This document shows positions 53,179 to 61,992 of a stretch of 64,000 nt of DNA, one piece after another. Origin of the DNA: Candidatus Dadabacteria bacterium (GTDB lineage: Bacteria; Desulfobacterota_D; UBA1144; Nemesobacterales; CSP1-2); contig CAWDVW010000005.1 of the NCBI GenBank assembly GCA_963805855.1, forward strand, positions 320,001 to 384,000, read 5' to 3'. Both the position numbers and the translations under genes were made by a program. How positions within the stretch are numbered: position 1 is the stretch's first letter; each line of letters opens with the position of its first letter. The notes beneath the pieces were generated by a model that saw only the letters and a program-made list of their open reading frames with translations, ran no database searches and was not told where the DNA came from.

Positions 53179-53403
53179 ATGAAAAAATTTTTGATCAGCG
53201 CGATCCTGTTCTTCATGATCATGGCAAGCGCTCTTTATATTATTGCTAAACCGGTGAAATGCTCCGATTGCAATCAGGGAAAGCAGTGTAGTACTTCTTA
53301 CGACTGTGGTGAGATTGGGGTGTGCTATTGCCAGTTCGACTGGCTTGAAGAACAGGAGACAGGCGGTGGAATGCCTGACTACGGTACGTGCTATTTTGAA
53401 TAA
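53179..53403 (+). CDS. Small secreted cysteine-rich peptide
   Basis: SD GGAGG, signal peptide MKKFLISAILFF..., and 7 Cys in the C-terminal ~47 aa. Confidence 0.7.
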   Translation: MKKFLISAILFFMIMASALYIIAKPVKCSDCNQGKQCSTSYDCGEIGVCYCQFDWLEEQETGGGMPDYGTCYFE

Positions 53404-53455
53404 TCAATAACCACTTGTGATTTGAATTGTTGCAAGAGTTTCTCTTCAAATTTAT

Positions 53456-53806
53456 TCAACCGCCGTAATAAAACCTTTCATGAACAATCTTGCCATCCTT
53501 CCAGCGCTGAACCGCAACCTGATGATATGTGCGCCTCCCCCAATCCTTGTGCGTGTAGTCAAAAAACCATTCAACCATGGAAACGCCATCGCCAATTGCA
53601 GTTGCCTTTACATCGGCACCCCTAAATTCAACTACCTTTGAGAAAAATTCCTTTTCCCTCTCTCTGTTAGCATCTTTCCCAATGGTAGGCGGAAGCTCAT
53701 TCTCCTGCATCACAACAGCTTCGGCATAATACCTTTCGAATGCCTCCAAAGCATTTCCTTGAAGTATCATTGAATTTAGATCAGCTACCAATTCCTTTAA
53801 TCCCAT
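53456..53806 (-). CDS. SnoaL-like / NTF2 domain protein
   Basis: MILQG.ALEAFERYYA..VVMQEN...G...RERE and W.DGKIVHERFYY. Confidence 0.88.
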   Translation of the reverse strand: MGLKELVADLNSMILQGNALEAFERYYAEAVVMQENELPPTIGKDANREREKEFFSKVVEFRGADVKATAIGDGVSMVEWFFDYTHKDWGRRTYHQVAVQRWKDGKIVHERFYYGG

Positions 53807-53917
53807 TGTTGTCCCCCTTTTTATATGCGATTTTTGTCAATAAGAAATGTAGCGAAAATCTACACAGGAGAGAGTCGCCTTGGCAAGGGCAACGCGCCTC
53901 TCGTCATCTCTGTAATG

Positions 53918-54190
53918 TCACGAATCTGGATTAACCGGAACCCTGACGCCAAACACAACATAGCTATCCCTGTATTCGGGTTCATTATAAGCACGGAATG
54001 GAGAAGACTTCCCAGTTTCTTTCGGACTTAAGTAGAAACTGATAAAGTCCTTTTCAACCTGTCCGCCCTTTATCTCGTCATTAAACGCCCTTTGCTCAAT
54101 CGGAGTTTTAACTCCGAATATGTAGCCCTGAGCAAAGGATAGAGTTGAGAAACTAGGTATAAGAAGCACTGTTGCTATAAGCTTTTTCAT
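53918..54190 (-). CDS. Small exported hypothetical protein
   Basis: SD AAGGAGG and signal peptide ending SFA. FGV.. motif at both ends (YIFGVKTP / VVFGVRVP). Confidence 0.8.
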   Translation of the reverse strand: MKKLIATVLLIPSFSTLSFAQGYIFGVKTPIEQRAFNDEIKGGQVEKDFISFYLSPKETGKSSPFRAYNEPEYRDSYVVFGVRVPVNPDS

Positions 54191-54218
54191 TTACTTTACC
54201 TCCTTGTTTCAGAATTCA

Positions 54219-54238
54219 TCTATCTATTGATAGATAGA
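54219..54238. promoter_or_regulatory. Putative TetR operator 3
   Basis: TCTATCTA-TTGA-TAGATAGA palindrome upstream of the exported-protein RBS. Confidence 0.75.
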
Positions 54239-54374
54239 ATTCGAAACTAAAAAAATTTAAGGCATTATGACGCCTATCCCCTGATGTTTCTTACATCTAA
54301 TAACAATTATTTCATCATTAGACATCTTCTCTTGTGTCATAGTCCTTTATGATACTTAGAAAACGTAAATGGAT

Positions 54375-55055
54375 TCATATTTTCTTTATTCGTTCGTAAA
54401 AGTAATCAGATAGGCTATCTCTCAGAAAAAGCCTCGCCCGATGGATTCTGGATTTTACTGCAGAAATACTCAGCCCCAATATATCCCCGACTTCTTCGTT
54501 AGATAAACCTTCTATATCCCTCAAGTGAAACACTATCCTATACTTTTCCGGTAACTCGTCGATAGCCCTTTCTATTAATTCCATGCCCTCCTTCCCGGCA
54601 AATATCTCGTCGGGTGAGTAACTCCAATCCTTGAGTAAAGTTTCCGACAGCATTCCCTTCTCATTATATGGAACATAATCCTCAAGACTCATACTTTTAC
54701 CGTGTTTCTTCTTATTCCTGATCTGTATTAAACTCGCGTTTGTAGCTACTCGATAAAGCCATGTTGAAAACGTCGACTCCTCGCGAAATGAATCCAGTTT
54801 CTCAACCAGGGTTAAAAAAACCTCCTGCAGAACTTCGTCCGCAATATGTGCGCTATGTGTTATTCTGAGCGCAAGTCTAAACACCTTCTCTCCGTAACGA
54901 TTCGCGATCTCGTTAAACGCGCCTTCGTCTCGTTCTTCAACAAACATCCTGACAAGTTCTTCGTCCGGCAAATCGCGGTGTTCGAACAAAGTGCTATCGT
55001 CTTGAAATTGCCTAGCCACATTGTTAGATCTTGATTCCGTTGCGTTTAAATGCAT
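54375..55055 (-). CDS. ECF family RNA polymerase sigma factor
   Basis: DEVLQEVF, F...S.FSTWLYRVATN, LP..YR.VF.LRD.EGLS..EV and VKSRIHRAR. Confidence 0.95.
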   Translation of the reverse strand: MHLNATESRSNNVARQFQDDSTLFEHRDLPDEELVRMFVEERDEGAFNEIANRYGEKVFRLALRITHSAHIADEVLQEVFLTLVEKLDSFREESTFSTWLYRVATNASLIQIRNKKKHGKSMSLEDYVPYNEKGMLSETLLKDWSYSPDEIFAGKEGMELIERAIDELPEKYRIVFHLRDIEGLSNEEVGDILGLSISAVKSRIHRARLFLRDSLSDYFYERIKKI

Positions 55056-55073
55056 GTTTTTCCCTCCTTAAAA

Positions 55074-55091
55074 CTATCTATTTATAGATAG
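55074..55091. promoter_or_regulatory. Putative TetR operator 2
   Basis: CTATCTA-TTTA-TAGATAG palindrome just upstream of the ECF RBS. Confidence 0.75.
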
Positions 55092-55114
55092 ACCGTGTTG
55101 ATAAAATTTTCATG

Positions 55115-55705
55115 CTAGTTTTTCAGTTGCAACATTCTAATAATCCAATCAGACGTAAAAGATAATCGATGCTCATTTTCAAATATCCGTGCTGAGATTG
55201 TAGAACCCTCAAGCGCAGAAAAAATCATTCTAGCCATTCTCTCAGGGGATCCCTTAAAATCAAAAACACCTGACTCCCGACCCTCTTCTAAGACGTTAGC
55301 TATCCACGCCTCATTATCCGAGAATAGCCCTTTTATCTCTTCCTGAACCCCCTCCGGGAGGTTAACAAAATCAGAGGCAAGCATAGAACAGAGGCAAACC
55401 CTCTTACAGGATCTGAAGCCGTCGATAAAGAGCTGCAAATATAGCTCAAGCTTCTCCTTAGGATCATTCGACCGGGTATCAATCTGGGAAAAGGCAGTCT
55501 TAAAATGTTCCCTATATCTTACTACAAGCGCCTTTGCCAGATCTCCTTTCGTTGGAAAGTAATAGTGAATACTTGATGTTTTGATACCGACTTGTTCCGA
55601 TAGGTCTCGATAGCTAAAGGAGTTGTATCCCCGCTCTTGAAACAGATTCTGCGCAAGATCTAGTATCTCCTGCGCAACTTCATTCGATTTAACCCTCTCT
55701 TCCAT
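55115..55705 (-). CDS. TetR/AcrR family regulator (NemR-like, with CLC motif)
   Basis: RGYNSFSYRDLS..VGIKTSSIHYYFPTK HTH and C-terminal CLC..LAS. ATG at 55705 chosen. Confidence 0.92.
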   Translation of the reverse strand: MEERVKSNEVAQEILDLAQNLFQERGYNSFSYRDLSEQVGIKTSSIHYYFPTKGDLAKALVVRYREHFKTAFSQIDTRSNDPKEKLELYLQLFIDGFRSCKRVCLCSMLASDFVNLPEGVQEEIKGLFSDNEAWIANVLEEGRESGVFDFKGSPERMARMIFSALEGSTISARIFENEHRLSFTSDWIIRMLQLKN

Positions 55706-55712
55706 GCCACAT

Positions 55713-55741
55713 AAGTTATCTACTGATAGATAGATTGTCAA
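55713..55741 (-). promoter_or_regulatory. TetR promoter with embedded operator 1
   Basis: Minus strand TTGACA(55741-55736)-17-TAACTT(55718-55713). TATCTA-CTGA-TAGATA (55717-55732) occupies the spacer and touches the -10. ATG lies 7 nt after the -10 (leaderless-like). Confidence 0.75.
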
Positions 55742-55794
55742 GACATGATCTCTATATTCGAAAAATTTATCTATTCAGAACCCTGTATTGGTAA

Positions 55795-55877
55795 AGCGGG
55801 GTTGGAAAACCCCGCTTATCGTTTTTTGATGAGAAGTTTAAAGATAATCGATAGTCGGGACTTTCCAGTCCCGATTA
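55795..55877. repeat. REP doublet, copy 2
   Basis: GCGGGGTTGGAAAACCCCGC-TTATCG...CGATAGTCGGGACTTTCCAGTCCCGA, a direct repeat of 52064-52139. Confidence 0.85.
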
Positions 55878-56256
55878 GTCAACAATTGAGTCACTCATAT
55901 CCGAGCATCATCCTAAGTGTCGGTCACGATTTCCTTGGCAAGGCCTCTTGTGAGCTGTGTCGCACGGCTCGAGATAGGCTTCCTCGTGATATCATCCCCG
56001 AGGATAGTTATCGGGGATCCAGAGGTAAGTAAATGGATTCTCTATCAAGGAATTAGGGAATGACGATAAGGGGACAGCAAAATCGAAGGATTGCTTGAGC
56101 ATCTTTTTAGACATTCGCGACAGGTCGGATCACCTATAGGTCGGAAATCCACCAAACTGAACAAGCTTTGAAAAAAACCTTTTCGAAGACGATGTGATAA
56201 TATATAATGAGGTTTGCCAAGTTACCAACGCAGGTAACCTTAGCTCACGGAGGATT

Positions 56257-57573
56257 ATGAAAAAACTGCTCTTCTTAATTTTAATGTTTAATTCGATGCT
56301 TGTACTTTCCTGTAATGATCATGGAAAAGTCACGAAAAACACACCGAGCATAAGTAAACTTGTGTCTATTGGAGACAGCCTGACCGCAGGAGTCCAATCC
56401 GATGGACTGGTAAGGGATTTCCAGGAGAAAAGCTTTCCCTCTTTAATCGCCCAACAGTTGGGAATCGCCGATTTTGAACAGCCCCTGATCGACAGACCGG
56501 GTATAAGCTCTGATATAACAAAAGCCCCATTAAGATTTGAAGGTGGTGTGATTGTACAGGATGACCTTGATGTTGATATACTTTCCCTTTTCATCAACCT
56601 TGATCTACCTAGACCATATGATAATCTTGGCCTACCCACTGCCGATCTGATGGATGCTATATCTTCGTCCGAGATTTTTTTTCAGTTCATTTTAAGAGCT
56701 ATGGGAACTCAGCTGGAGCAGGCAATTTCTCTAGATCCACAATTGATTACATTCTGGCTCGGAAGCAATGATGTTCTAGGCTCGGCAACTAGGGGTGGCG
56801 ATCTTGAAAGTATAACACCATTGGACGAATTTGAAACGGACTATAGATTATCGCTCACAGAACTCGTAAATGGAACTTCCGCATTCATCGTCACTGCCAA
56901 TATCGCAAACGTTACTGATATTCCATTCGTAAATTTTTTCGATAGCGTTTTTAGGGCGATTCCAGCATTAGGGATTGATGATCCCGTCCCTGTAGTCTTT
57001 GATGAGAACTTTGAACCCATTGAGTTTGATGACGGTTTATTTATTCCTTTGCTGACTGAGGAGGGTGAAGTAGAGCAACTCCTATTACCGGCACTGGATC
57101 TCTACATGGAAGATGGAATAGGGATACCAGACGAAGGAGCCCTCATCGACTTAGGTTTTTCTATGGATGAGGCAGCAGACTTAGTCCTTCAATTAGAACA
57201 AGCGGGTTTAAATCCTTCCGGCATCCCGGTTAGTGCTAACCTTACTCTTACAAAATCTGAACGAAATAGCATCCAAGATGCTGTGGATGATTTCAATTCC
57301 ATAATTTCAGAGGTAGCCTCTGAGTTTGGAATCCCCGTTGTCGATATTAATTCCGCACTTTCCACACTCAATAATGTAGGTATTGACGGTTTTTCAGGAC
57401 GTTTCGTCCTAGTCGACCCGAAAAATACAGGATTCAGCCTCGATGGAATACACCCCAATAACGGAGGGTATTCGATTATCGCAAATCAGTTTATCCAGGT
57501 CATCGACGAGTCCTTTGGATTTAATATACCACCTTTAGACACCGACCAGTTCAGGGGGCAATATGTTAACTAG
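56257..57573 (+). CDS. SGNH/GDSL hydrolase lipoprotein
   Basis: Lipobox VLSC, IGDSLTAG, LGSNDVL and SLDGIHPN. SD GGAGG precedes ATG 56257. Confidence 0.9.
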   Translation: MKKLLFLILMFNSMLVLSCNDHGKVTKNTPSISKLVSIGDSLTAGVQSDGLVRDFQEKSFPSLIAQQLGIADFEQPLIDRPGISSDITKAPLRFEGGVIVQDDLDVDILSLFINLDLPRPYDNLGLPTADLMDAISSSEIFFQFILRAMGTQLEQAISLDPQLITFWLGSNDVLGSATRGGDLESITPLDEFETDYRLSLTELVNGTSAFIVTANIANVTDIPFVNFFDSVFRAIPALGIDDPVPVVFDENFEPIEFDDGLFIPLLTEEGEVEQLLLPALDLYMEDGIGIPDEGALIDLGFSMDEAADLVLQLEQAGLNPSGIPVSANLTLTKSERNSIQDAVDDFNSIISEVASEFGIPVVDINSALSTLNNVGIDGFSGRFVLVDPKNTGFSLDGIHPNNGGYSIIANQFIQVIDESFGFNIPPLDTDQFRGQYVN

Positions 57574-57613
57574 AAATTATCAGTTTTAAGAAATTAACTC
57601 AGCTAGAGAAAAT

Positions 57614-58748
57614 TCAATCATTTGAAAAATCCATGGGATACAAAAGCTCCGTTTCAGTTATCTGCTCAGGATAGACGGCGTATTTCTCGCCCCCTTGCCA
57701 TTGAATTATGACATTTTGATGCCCTAATTGTTGTCCGGTGAAAGGGTCTATTCTAAATTCTCCATAGAAGGTCTTGAAATTGGCCTTATTTGCCACATCC
57801 CTGAGAACATCATTATCAAGTGTTCCCGCGCGCCCAATACATCTTTGAATGATCAAACCAATGTTAAATCCTTGTGCAGCAACATAGTCGGGTTCCTTTC
57901 CGTATTCATTTTTGAAAATATTAAAAAACAGCTCCGGGGTTGGACCAAAGTCCGGTTTTATACGCATACCACGTTCCCACTGACTCGATGAAAGAAACCC
58001 GTTAACCCTCTCGCCAAGCTCCTCACGAAATAATTTTATACCGGCAACCACAAGCCCAATCGCCTTTGCTTTGATTTTATCTTTCAAGATCTGTTCCGCT
58101 AGGAGTAAGTCATCTTCCATCCGTCCAGCACCCAGAATCAAATCGGGTTCCGTTTCTCTTGCCAATCGAAGAAGGGGCGTGAAATCATCTATACCTGACC
58201 GATATGTATAAGGTACCACCTCAAAGCCCATATCCTCACCATGTACCTTGGCGCCAAGAGCCACGTTGGCCGCGAAACCGCTATCCTTCGCCGCAAATAC
58301 GGCAATCCTTCGTGCAGAGCTATCAATTCTTTGCACCATTTCTATGATTCCCTTAAAGTACTCACCAGCCGGAGTAATCGCACTAACGATGTTTTTGAGG
58401 CCCTGATTCGTTATGTCATCTGACGATCCTCCGTGATTCCAAATCGTCTTTTTCAATTCCCCTGCTATTGGTGCCACAGCCAGAGTGAGCCCGCTGGAAT
58501 AGGGCCCAATCAATAAATCAACCCTGATCATTAAGAATCAGCTTCTCTACATTCTTCTTGCATTTATCCGCAGAACTCTCATCGTCGTAATAGACTAGCC
58601 CTAAAGGTGCTTTTTTATTGTAATCCCCTACGAAAATGCCCCCTGAGCCATTCACATCTTTAATCCACAGGCGCAGCCCCTCAAAGCTCTCCCTACCCTG
58701 AATCGAATATCTACCACTTAAAGAAATGGAAATGCCGATTTTTATCAT
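57614..58748 (-). pseudogene. Branched-chain amino acid ABC-type substrate-binding protein (LivK/AmiC-like), frameshifted near 58522
   Basis: ORFs 58518-58748 (IKIG...LSG.Y...G...VNGSGG...YDDES) and 57614-58531 (VDLLIGPYSS) join if one base is removed. No signal peptide. Confidence 0.75.
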
Positions 58749-58842
58749 TTTCGTAAATTAATATAACAACTTTGGGTTGAGAATCTATGGTATTACAATA
58801 AGGTTTGTATACACAAGAAATAATTATGAGGTAACATTCCGG

Positions 58843-60037
58843 CTATCTGAGTTTTGCTAGGGCTTCTTCAATTCTATCAACGCCCTTTACTATCTCTTCC
58901 ATCGAGGTGGCATAAGATATTCTCAGGTGTTTATCCGAGCCGAATTCAATGCCTGGCACCACTGCCACCTTCGCCACATCAAGGAGGTATTCAGAAAAAT
59001 CTACAGAATTCCTTATTCCCTTACCATTGTAGCTCTTGCCATAGAACTTCGAGACATTTGGAAAAACATAGAACGCCCCCTGCGGATTAAAACATGTGAT
59101 ACCTGGAATTTCGTTTAGCCTTTTGGCTATATAGTTCTTTCTTCTCTCAAACTCGCCTTGCCATTTTTGCAACTTCATCCTGGGGGCCTTTAAAAGCCTC
59201 TATCGCTGCCATTTGAGAAATGGAAGTGGGGTTTGACGTAGATTGTCCTTGCAGCTTACTCATGGCGCTCGAGACATCCTTATCGCCCGCCGAATATCCT
59301 ATACGCCATCCCGTCATAGAATATGATTTCGAAACACCATTCACGAGGATAGTAGATTCTTTGACATCCTCATCGATCGTTGCAATCGGCGTGTGAGTCA
59401 AACCATCGTAAACAATCTTGTCGTATATCTCATCTGAAATTATTATCAGGCCAGCGTCCAAAGCAATTCCTGCAAGTTCTCTAAGGTCTTTCTCATTGTA
59501 TGTGGCACCCGTGGGGTTTGATGGATAGTTTAGTATAAATGCCTTGGTTCTGGACGTTATCTTTTTCTTTAGCTCATCAGGATTTATCTTGAAACCATCT
59601 TCCTCACGGGTCTCAATAATCACTGGTGTCCCACCGGCCAATGTTACCTGTTCGGGATAGGATACCCAGTATGGAGAGGCTATTATTACCTCATCTCCCT
59701 CGTCTATCATGACCTGCGTTAAGTTGTAAAGCGTATGCTTGGCACCACAAGAGACCATTATTTGAGACTTATCGTAAGTAAGGCCGTAATCTTCCTTCAA
59801 CCTAAAGATAATTGCGTTCTTCAGATCGTCAGTACCGCCTACGGCAGTATACTTTGTAAATCCATTATTTATTGCCCTTTTTGCCTCATCTTTGATATTT
59901 AGAGGTGTGTCGAAATCAGGTTCACCGGCGCCGAATCCCACAACGTCAATGCCACCTGCTTTGAGCGCCTTCGCTTTTGCGGTTATTAACAGTGTTGCGG
60001 AAGGTTTTAGCCTTTGAGCTCTTGAAGCAAGTTTCAT
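58843..60037 (-). CDS. aspC: Aspartate aminotransferase (class I/II PLP), one apparent frameshift near 59157
   Basis: GAGEPDF, NYPSNPTG, SDEIY and SKSYSMTGWRIG in the first ORF. PQGAFY and LRISYA in the second ORF. Confidence 0.85.
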
Positions 60038-60042
60038 CCGTA

Positions 60043-60537
60043 TTATCGCTCCTGACTTTGTAATAGCTTTTCCCTCATCCTTGATTCAACTAAATTTGGA
60101 ACCATTTCCTTAGCTGAGCCATTTAAGGTAATAATCTCTTTGATTAATGATGAACTGATATGTGAATATGTACTGTCGGTAACCATGAAAACGGTCTCAA
60201 GGTCATTATATAAAGTCTTATTCGCCAGAGCCATCTGTAGCTCTGATTCAAAATCCGAAACCGTCCTCATACCTCTAAGCACAATGTTTGTGCCTAATTT
60301 TTTTGCATAATCGACAAGCAACCCTTCAAAGAAGTCCACCTTTACTTCGGGTCGACTCTTAAATAATTCCTTAAGCATCTCAACCCTTTCTTCCAGCGTA
60401 AAGATCGTCTTCTTGGATACGTTATGAGCAACAGCAACTACTAAATTGCCAAAGATCCTTACTCCACGGTCAATAATATTTAGGTGACCGTATGTAAACG
60501 GGTCGAATGAACCAGGATATATTGCATATTTATTCAT
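60043..60537 (-). CDS. coaD: Phosphopantetheine adenylyltransferase
   Basis: YPGSFDPFTYGH, RGMR..SDFE.E and ISSSLIKE. Confidence 0.97.
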   Translation of the reverse strand: MNKYAIYPGSFDPFTYGHLNIIDRGVRIFGNLVVAVAHNVSKKTIFTLEERVEMLKELFKSRPEVKVDFFEGLLVDYAKKLGTNIVLRGMRTVSDFESELQMALANKTLYNDLETVFMVTDSTYSHISSSLIKEIITLNGSAKEMVPNLVESRMREKLLQSQER

Positions 60538-61085
60538 CAGCTAATCCTTTTAAAGTAACTGACCTTTGTCCCGCCAAATGATCTGGTGAGTCGGGAAAAC
60601 CCTTTGGCCTCGGCAGTCAAATTTCGCTCGTGTTCAATGATAATGATGGATCCGTAATCAACACAATTTGTCACAAGATTGACAAAGTCCAAGACCTCCA
60701 TCTTCTCGTATAAGCGGTAAGGTGGGTCAATAAAAACTATGTCAAATTTACTTCCCTCGTTTCCAAGTCTCTTAGTCGCACGTTCATAATCATCACAGAT
60801 CATATCGGCCTTGTCTAAAAACCCGCATGATGAGACATTATCCCTGAGTAACTTAAAAACGCCAGGGTCTTTTTCTATGAAGGTTACATGTGATGCGCCT
60901 CTGCTCAATGATTCAATTCCAAGGCCTCCGGATCCTGCAAAAATATCAAGCACCCTTAACCCGTGAAGATCGCCAAGCGTGTCAAACATCGATTTCTTGA
61001 TCCGGCTAGTGGTTGGACGAATCGCTCTGCCCTTTGGAACCTTTAATTTCCTGCCTTTTATTGCGCCTGTAAGCACTTGCAACAT
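60537..61085 (-). CDS. rsmD: 16S rRNA m2G966 methyltransferase
   Basis: RPTT, LDIFAGSG.LGIESLSRGA and FIDPPY. Adjacent to coaD. Confidence 0.93.
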   Translation of the reverse strand: MLQVLTGAIKGRKLKVPKGRAIRPTTSRIKKSMFDTLGDLHGLRVLDIFAGSGGLGIESLSRGASHVTFIEKDPGVFKLLRDNVSSCGFLDKADMICDDYERATKRLGNEGSKFDIVFIDPPYRLYEKMEVLDFVNLVTNCVDYGSIIIIEHERNLTAEAKGFSRLTRSFGGTKVSYFKRIS

Positions 61086-61395
61086 AGGCAGTTATACTAC
61101 CATACCAACACTCTTTAGCAAAAATAGCATGATGGAAATCGATCATAAAATCATGGTTAGGTCATACCGAACTTCGTACAGTAGATTTGAAGGTATTCGT
61201 AATGAAGAACTAATTACGAATTCTTGTCAATGGTCATTGCTCTCTAAGCGACAGAGAATTATTACCTAATTAACCACACAATTTAATTATTAAGCTAAGT
61301 CGCAGAGCTCTTCAGTGTCCTTTCTAAATACAATGAGCTTAAAACCCTGCGACTTAACTCTTTTTTAATCCCTGCTTAAGGGCTTATTGTCAGCT

Positions 61396-61731
61396 CTAAA
61401 ACTCTTCGAAGCCACGAGTTGAATAGACGATCTGCTCAACATTCTCCGGAATGCCCAGCACCGTGTATGAAACAATTTTACCGTTTACCGTCTGCAGCTC
61501 TACCGTATAGCCTGTAGTGAGGTTTTCTTCTTGAGAATCAGAGATCTTATAATCAAGTTCGATACCGGTGTTATCGTCCAATATTTTCATCATGTTATCA
61601 CCAACCAAAGTAACTGTCCCGATGATATTATTCGATGGAACTGTCGCACTAACTTTTAGAGCGGTACCGACAAGCAAAATAGCAGAGAGAAAAAACCCGG
61701 CCAGAAAAAACGATAATAACCTTCTCATCAT
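61396..61731 (-). CDS. Small exported hypothetical protein
   Basis: SD AAGGAGG, signal peptide ending VSA, and a beta-rich mature part. Confidence 0.75.
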   Translation of the reverse strand: MMRRLLSFFLAGFFLSAILLVGTALKVSATVPSNNIIGTVTLVGDNMMKILDDNTGIELDYKISDSQEENLTTGYTVELQTVNGKIVSYTVLGIPENVEQIVYSTRGFEEF

Positions 61732-61769
61732 TTTCACCTCCTTATATATAGATTTAATATGCATGAGTT

Positions 61770-61786
61770 TGCAATAGGCATGCCAA
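61770..61786 (-). promoter_or_regulatory. Sigma54 (-24/-12) promoter
   Basis: Minus strand TTGGCATGCCTATTGCA (GG-N10-GC). Confidence 0.75.
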
Positions 61787-61992
61787 TATACTCTACAACA
61801 AATAAAAATTAATGTTCAACGAGGGTTATGAAAGTTTTTGATTTTAATAGAAGTTGTAGATTCATTGAAGAGTAAATTATTGAACAATAAAAACTGTTCA
61901 TTTTCTCACACTTTAATAGACCAATTACTTGAAGCAAGCGCGACACACGATTCATATCCAGTCAGCAAGTTCATTTTGACTACCATTTATTC

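Noticed and set aside
54240-54378. Anti-sigma (zf-HC2) gene after the ECF sigma
   Set aside because: Only 13-aa and 27-aa ORFs, without HxxxCxxC or a TM helix.
51885-56200. Integrative element at tRNA-Ala
   Set aside because: No integrase and no duplicated tRNA 3' end (att site) seen downstream.
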